Under the pieces are notes generated by a model. It saw nothing but the letters and a program-made list of their open reading frames with translations. It did no database searches and had not been told where the DNA came from. A stretch of DNA of 64,000 nucleotides from Botryllus schlosseri (lineage: Eukaryota). The stretch spans positions 11,968,001 through 12,032,000 of the forward strand of contig CM119372.1 in NCBI GenBank assembly GCA_051294905.1. The letters are read 5' to 3'. Of the stretch, positions 57,101 through 64,000 are shown one piece after another. Numbering within the stretch: the first letter of the stretch is position 1; every line of letters starts with the position of its first letter. The translations under genes were made by a program, and so were the position numbers.

Positions 57101-60100
57101 CTGTGTTACATTGGCCTACGTTTGGAATAAATATATTTATTTATTTACAACAGTTCACGGAATAGGCTACAACGTTTGTAATCGATTGTATAAATAAATA
57201 ATCGATCGTGCGGATTTTGAGCCATTGGTTGTTATCTTACATTTGGCACCATTGTTAGCGACGGTATGTCACTAATATAGGCTAGATATTTACGGAATCT
57301 AGAATGAATGGAAGATTTGCTGTGTGGTGACATCACAGATGGCCACTGTGCCACATTGACTTGCAGGTCGCTCTGAGATATGTCTGTCTAGTAGTAAATA
57401 TATCATATATAAATCAGTTTGCAGCGAATGAAGGTGGGATTCGTTACAATCGAAGGTCTGTGACCAAGTTCTAGTTCGACCGCTGGTCTAATTCGCACTC
57501 AGAACGTTCAATACAGAATAGAAGTGTGCTGAATTTAGAGTGGTACATACGATGTAGCATAAACGACCATAATGTTAACCGGATTATGACCGCTCTGTGC
57601 CCCAGACTGTATAGTTTCAGTTCCGCAGCTAAATTAACAATACGAGACATTATGCCCGTAGCTAAATCAAAATGTCGAATTTATGATTTTCCCAATACAA
57701 ATCAGGTATATACCATTCTGATATATAATAGAATGTTTGCGGAAATGATATTTGTGGTGTGAGCTGAAATTCATAGAAACCTGTCTGCATACACACGATC
57801 AGGTGTCACGAATGGCACCATATCGTAAGAGGCTTCCAAATTTTACATAACGTGCATGTTGTTGGATTCCAGGTCAATTATAACACGTGGTTATGAACTG
57901 AGAAAAATAGCCAACTTGATTATGCAATTATGCCAAGTATGGGTTGATCGACATTTCCAAATACTCTCAGGAGATACAAAAAGTAGGAGCACTGATCCAT
58001 GGTGACATCACTTGGTATCACAGTTCACCTTTAGTCGGAAATATTTCAAGCATACCTACAATTTTGTGAGTTCGCTTCCATACGGATTGAATTGATGAAC
58101 TTATAGGATGATGAACTTATTACTACGGGTTCGAAGTTCCAAATTACATAGTATCTAAACTTTCAAGGGCATCACAGGTGTATAATTGCATTGTATCAAA
58201 ATTGCACTCCTGCGATTAGCACGAACGCATGTCCAGTCCAGTGTCCATTGTCCAGTCCATCGGGCCTATAACTCTAATGTCAATATGTGCTGACAGTAAT
58301 TCCGCTGAATATACGTTTCAGTGCCTAACAACATATGCTCCTTAGCAGATATGCCACGAATAAGTGCATAAAGTACCTTTGCTGGCGCAAGAGGCGACTC
58401 TGATCTCGACGGCAATGTGAGGCTTTTTGCAGATGCCGAAGGAGATCCGGCAACAGACAGAAGAAAGGTACTTGGTGAACCTTTTGTATATAAACCGTAT
58501 ATAATGCACCCATATGTGTTGCATGGTTGCCAAATGCCTACCTGTCGAAACATTCCTAGAATGGCCTTTCGCTCGGCCAGTTGATTTTGGTTGCGTTTGC
58601 TCACTGTCACGGTTATACGTCGCGACGACTTCACTTTTGTTCCTTTTTACGTGAGGATGAGGACTCACGGGGAGAGGCGAGTTGTTTCTTTTATCGGTTT
58701 CGCCACAGCTGTCCAGTGCACAGTCGGAGAGCAGTCTCCGCATTGGGGAGTCCAAAAGAGACGAACAATCGGACGCCATACTATTATTATCCGTGATGTC
58801 GTATGAGGCAAAATTATCAAAATCGCAATCCGATTCCGAGGCCGACGCGTATTCCGGTTCTGAGAAGTTACTCATTATTGTGCGATCATCTATCCGGCTG
58901 TTACTTCGTTTCGGAAAATATTCAGTCTTCGAATACACTCCACTGTCGCCGCTTTGGATGGAAATCGTGATCGGATCGCGCTTCCCTTTCCTGACGTCCA
59001 ACTCAGAGCGAGCTCTTGTCATGTTCGGAGAACTCGGCGATTCGGCCATCTCGAATGGGATTTGCGCGTATGCACCATCAGGCGATTCTCGTTTACCTGG
59101 CGACGGGTAAAAACGCATATGGTCTTCACACGGTGACAGAGAAGACATGTTATTCTTGCCGTTGGTTCCTTGATTAGCGAGGACCGGACAACCCTTGCTG
59201 ACGCGACGCTTGTTTCTGGGCGATGCACCGAAAGAGGCAACCTGCTTCGCATCCGAGCTTGTCACGTTTTGAAGACTCGGAGATCTCGACCTAACTCGAA
59301 GGTTGCTTGGTATCGGGATCGCAGAGAGTTCACGAGACCGAAAGTTACGCGGGATAGTGCTGAATCCTGAGTTAGGAACGGAGAAAAAAGCTACGTTCTC
59401 CCGACTCCGCCTATACTGCGACATGAGATTGGACGGGGCTGGCGAGCTTACTGATCTCTCGGGTGAGTTTGTTTTGGTCGATGCGAGCTCTAGAAGCGTT
59501 GCCTTTCTTCCTGAATTCTCCCTCGGGTTGTAATTGAATGGTACCTTGGGTATTGAATCTAATTTCACGGTTGCATCAGCCAGAGCGTTCAGTGTTTTGC
59601 TGTCAGACTTGGTCCTGCCAGATATATCCATTGCTACAATCGTGCGAGATATCATTCCGGCAAAGGATTGAAAGATACCTTCACGTACCGGGGTGGCAGT
59701 TCCAGAACCTGAATGATGAACACCGTATTTAATTTCGCTCATGCTGCAGAGAACAATATGCTATAAAATCGATTAGCCAAATGTATTCAGGCCAATAGTA
59801 CGATTGATACCGCCTATACTGCCTCCAAATTAGTATTGATTAATTGTATTGCAGTATAAGCCATCAACCAAATAGCACCTGAATTCCCTCGGGTTGGTGT
59901 ACTTCTTCCACTGTATTCAGACACTGGAGTGAGTCTCTTCACCCTGTCTATCTCAGCCGACACCAGATCGCTGGCAGTGACATTACTTTTGACGCCAGCG
60001 TCGTAGTTGTTGTTGAGGGGAATTCTGCAAAATTTACACTCTAGTTCAAGGGTCGCCAACTCAAAACAGGTCGCGGGCCACTTTTCAAATTTCTAGCGGT

Positions 60101-61127
60101 CGCGGGCCGCATGAATTCAATATCGATATAAAATAAGCTACGCAGCTTAGCAACCACGATTTAGAACTTTATGTTAATACAACGCAGTGTTATCTTACAT
60201 AGTCGATGTACATATAGTTACCACAGAAGAAGTAATAATTTATCAAGGGAATACAAATACAACAAAAATCATGACAATCAATTTCATTTTATTCTGAACT
60301 CTGAGCTGTGCATGGTATCTGGCAACGCATTTCAGCGACTATGGAATCGATATTGGGGCTAGCGAGAGACATAACTAGATGAAAGACTAACTCCACTTAA
60401 AACTTGATTTTATGGCGAATCCCTAAGCCGTTTTCTAAGCGTCTATCGGTCTTGGCAGTGTTTGGGCCATTGCACGCCAAGGCAATATGCCCAGCCCATT
60501 CAAATCAGCTGATTTTCCCTCGATGGAATGCTGTTGCCAATAGTTGCCATTGCTAAAGCCATTTTGGTTAGTGAGGAATAATGATGTTGGGCACAGGAGA
60601 ACAGTTTATTTTGAAACAAAAACAACAATATGTTGAAACTGTATTCAATTTCAGCATTTCAAAATGCCTTTCTTAGCATTCTTCCGAAATCTCAAATCAA
60701 GTCGCGGGCCGCTGAATATGACCTCGCCGGCCGCCTGTTGGTGACCCCTGCTCTAGTTTTAGCGAGAAGGCATAGAACGACAAGCGACAGTTTCGGATGC
60801 CTGGTCAACAAGTGCCGAATATACCTCTGCACTATCACATTTGTGCCTCAATAATTACATTATATACCTCATTCATAATTGAAGATTGCCATATACCTAC
60901 ATAATAGCTTGTTATGCAAGCACTTTGATGACATAAAATCATTGAGATGGCGTAAAGCATGGTCGAAAAATGAGATAAATTTAATATGTTGTTATGTCGG
61001 CCCTAAAGACTTACTTGATAAATTTACTGGTTTCTTGCAGTTTTCTATCTCTTGACAGAACCTCACTGATATGTCTAAGCTCCTCTTCACTTAGTCCGTC
61101 CAGATTCAAATTTTTCCTTGCCATCAT
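48143..61127 (-). CDS. Synaptotagmin-like protein (SYTL/Slp, Rab27-effector family), divergent
   Basis: Exon 61127-61015 encodes MMARKNLNLDGLSEEELRHISEVLSRDRKLQ (SHD1-like helix) and splices in phase to 60024-59879, 59708-58542 (Ser-rich, most of ORF 58342..59742) and an exon starting at 58480. The 3' exons 52994-52885, 52777-52646, 52262-52155, 48618-48485, 48276-48143 give GNMEISVIYY...GELHVSIMGAK...STYVKCYLLPDK...KSAVIKKNNEPRWKHTF...ELRERSLEIVV...WIKSTKAESYIWK...FLPLR, the Slp C2B domain and tail. I could not resolve exons between ~58300 and 53000, so joining the two halves is inferred. Confidence 0.8.
50904..51157 (+). mobile_element. tRNA-derived SINE (same family as 38987)
   Basis: ggccagatagcacagtggtataatccgcggctgcaacaccaatggg...gtcttacaaaaagcctagaag...aaatgaccatagtagtcgacaa, with an A-rich tail. 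Confidence 0.75.
53370..54559. mobile_element. hAT MITE family A, copy 2 (1190 bp)
   Basis: Same TIRs; perfect TSD gcttagtg at 53362-53369 and 54560-54567. Confidence 0.93.
55400..56712 (+). mobile_element. Chapaev3-like (CMC) DNA transposon, internally deleted
   Basis: TIR cactggtcaaca / tgttgaccagtg; 3-bp tta TSD on both sides; decayed transposase KEEYKAIKFVLGKLKY (~55803) and GANMSIKSHFLFSHLG (~56025). Confidence 0.8.
60047..60750. mobile_element. hAT MITE family A, diverged short form (704 bp), in SYTL intron 1
   Basis: caagggtcgccaac / gttggtgacccctg; perfect TSD ctctagtt at 60039-60046 and 60751-60758; lacks the internal ~460-bp block of copies 1 and 2. Confidence 0.9.
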
Positions 61128-64000
61128 CGAATCATAGATAGGGGGCGGGAAATTTATGGACGAGATTGGCATGCGTATGACTGTGACCAACTTGAAGTCA
61201 TAAGCTACAATGCCTGTCTAGATTTATAAAATGGTCCTTTCTCAAAGACTGACACGCTGAATGGCATCACTACGAATCAAAGTTTCATGCCGTGTGATGC
61301 ATTTATAAATATACGTTGTACGCTAGACTTTCAGTGAGTTCCGACTTTTATTGATAAATTGCGTCACAGAAATCATACGATGAAACCGTTGTATAAATGA
61401 CACAAAATGCGAGACAATAATATCGTGCTTGTATAGAGCGATGTAAAATGTCACGCGAAATGGTAGATATCAGGAAAGTGAAACAAGACACTTGAGGAAT
61501 AATACGCATGGATATAGCTATTCTTGATCGAATCATTTTCGAAGGATGGCATTATTTAAATACAATACCTTCGTTAATAACTAATGTTGTAATACATCTT
61601 TTATAATGACTTATTAGTGAACATTGTACCTCTCTCAAGGTATCGGAGTTGGTAAGTATAATAGAATATATCCCGCAGATTGCTCGGAGTTACAGGGCCA
61701 AAATTAGCGAGTCACTGGGGATTTGTAAATGTTATTGGCGACTTTACCCACAATTTCAATAAAGGAGGTCGGAAGTTCCTCTTATTAAAATATAACCCAC
61801 GCATTATTTTCTCCTTTCTTCAGAATCTCATGCAAATCCAGGCTTGTACAACCAGAATTCTAATAAAAAAAGTAGAAGTCGGGACCATAAAACGTCTGAT
61901 AAGTACTCAAGTAAGTCAGTATAAGGACTTTAAAGAAGTATATTTGGAAGAGGCGTCACGGACATGTCGTTAGTCAATTTCCACTGCCAATTTCCAGAAC
62001 TGCAAAATGCATACTCGGGAGTAACGCCGAATCCCTAATGACGGTGGAAATAGCTGAAATTTTCCAATTATTTATAGTCTGTTTTCGTCATGAAGGTTCG
62101 GCAACTCTGCAGTACAATTCTGCATTGCATAGTTGGCATTACAATGTCAACAACATGACACTCATGAAAGTAATGCAAATATCTCCAAATTATACTATGG
62201 ATAAAATCGAAATCTTGAAATGTAAGTATATCTTGACTTCGAAAACTGCATGTTAGTGGAAGTAGTCTAAAACGCAGTAACTTGAGTAAGTAATGCAAGT
62301 AGACAAACCCTACTGAGTACTTCGGAAAATATATGCACGTAGTTACTGATCACCTCTGGGCCCATGCGTAAGATGGCATATTTATTCCGACCAATTCTGA
62401 ATCTGCATGGGTGTCACTCAGGAAGATCGCGCTTGTCTGTCAGTTATTCCATCTCCACCGTGGCCCATGCAATCTCAAACGGATTGAAAACATGCAATTT
62501 GTCGACGGTATAGTCCCGTCTTTTATTATTGGCTTATGCAATGAAAAACGTAAATTTATCCTATACTTCTATACATAGGCGCCGACTTTTATTTTTGAAT
62601 GGGGTGGCGGCAGGTGCGTAGCCAAGGGGGTGTCGGAACCCCCTCCTTTTAAACGCAAAGCCCCGTCCTTTTGAAATGACCATTCCGACGCTAATATTCA
62701 CTTGCAATTCAACAAGTCGTATTATCAGTGTTACGCGGGGCCGCGACCAATTAGCGAGATTAGTCTGTGCACACATATCGCATGTAACGTGACGCGATCT
62801 CCCGTTGACATGATTGCGAATTTAGGTCATTGATTGCCACGCACTCGCCATTCGTCGCTGGACTGAGCACTAACACGGGCGCGACAATTCTGGAACGCGA
62901 AAGACAAACAAGAATTATGATTACAAACACGCGCGGCCAATCAGTAATTATCCCTTACCGCCAACACAATGGGTTTTTACTTAGTATTGAGTAGCTCGCA
63001 TCGCGACAATTGGTTGCTGATTAAAACATCGATTTAGACTGCATTGCTTCATTTCCCGATTTACGTTCGCAAAGCATAGTTGGATTAATATTATGGGCAC
63101 TGGAATAAATTCCAACTAGCAGGCACACACAATAAAACACCGTTCAACTTTGCGCTCCGAAAATATTCATCACAAAAATGGCTTACAAAATATTTTAAAC
63201 GCGGCTTGCGGCCCTCATCGAGGCAAATAATGCACTTTAATTTGAAGAAGGTGGACGTATATTTGATCGTCGAATCGCGATTGGAGATGTTGTGTCTCAG
63301 AGCGCGAGATGAAATCTACGTTTCTAACGATGACGTCAAATTTGTACATCTAATAAGGATCGTTAGTTTTCTGAAACCAGCATCAGTACGCTGTGCGAAA
63401 TACATAGTAGTGATCAATTTTATCGGTTTGTACGATCGGCCGGTAAAGTTGCGCTGATAACGATATTGCGGACATGCCGCAAACCTGCAATAATTAAAAT
63501 GACAGGGTGCGCTAGTCATACCTAAGTACCCAGATTCCGCAATGGCAACAAGCAAAATTTTTTCAAACGCGGGCATAAGTTTTAATCAAAAAGATACATA
63601 AACACAAACAATATTACACTCGGAGATTGTTACTGTTTGGCGAAAGTGTTTCTGCGGACGGTAGCAGGCCTGCATACGGACGCGTTATCATACCACCGAC
63701 GATAGTGCACTGCACATGAGATATCGATGGCCATTTTCGCATACAAATGAATATCGCTAATTTGCAGTACGCAGCATCGATAATACGAATTACTTTATTG
63801 GCATTTCAAAAGGACGGGATTTCTAGTTATAAATGAGAAACTCCGTGGCTACGCGCCTGGGGTTTTTGAGCCGTCAACGCGCTGGTTAATATCAGCCCGG
63901 GGCCTACGGCCTACGTAGGCCCCGATCAGCCAGTCGAATTTGATCGTAAAATGGTGCGATTTTAATTATCCACGTGTTATTGCAGTAAGAGCATAGAAAT

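Noticed and set aside
58342..59742. Standalone single-exon 466-aa gene
   Set aside because: A phase-compatible acceptor (59709-59710) and donor (58541-58540) link it to the upstream SHD exons and the next exon; it is better read as an internal SYTL exon.

Overview
Eukaryotic (animal-like, AT-rich) genomic DNA with GT-AG introns; there is no operon or CRISPR structure. I reconstructed four multi-exon genes by hand, all on the minus strand: cytoplasmic aspartyl-tRNA synthetase (DARS1, 6163-9359), nucleoporin NUP35/Nup53 (11809-16428), an SLC49A4/DIRC2-like MFS transporter (21852-31034), and a divergent synaptotagmin-like protein (SYTL/Slp; 48143-61127) whose SHD and C2 exons are mostly missing from the ORF track. 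Introns and intergenic DNA are packed with transposons, many with readable target-site duplications (TSDs). Highlights: (1) a 3.6-kb spacer-less Foldback-type element built from inverted arrays of a ~146-bp satellite with a 9-bp TSD (31865-35503); (2) a Penelope-like element whose pseudo-LTRs carry minimal type I hammerhead ribozyme motifs (four copies in the window, one with an intact core); (3) a 7.2-kb nest inside one hAT shell (40280-47447) holding that Penelope element, a P-like hairpin MITE, a second hAT-like element and a young I-group LINE (RT-RNase H-CCHC); (4) hairpin MITEs from three superfamilies, a Chapaev3-like remnant and tRNA-derived SINEs. All calls come from reading the sequence; no searches were run. 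I found no clearly new biological system. The best leads are the satellite-armed foldback, the ribozyme-bearing pLTR family and the apparently single-C2 Slp gene.
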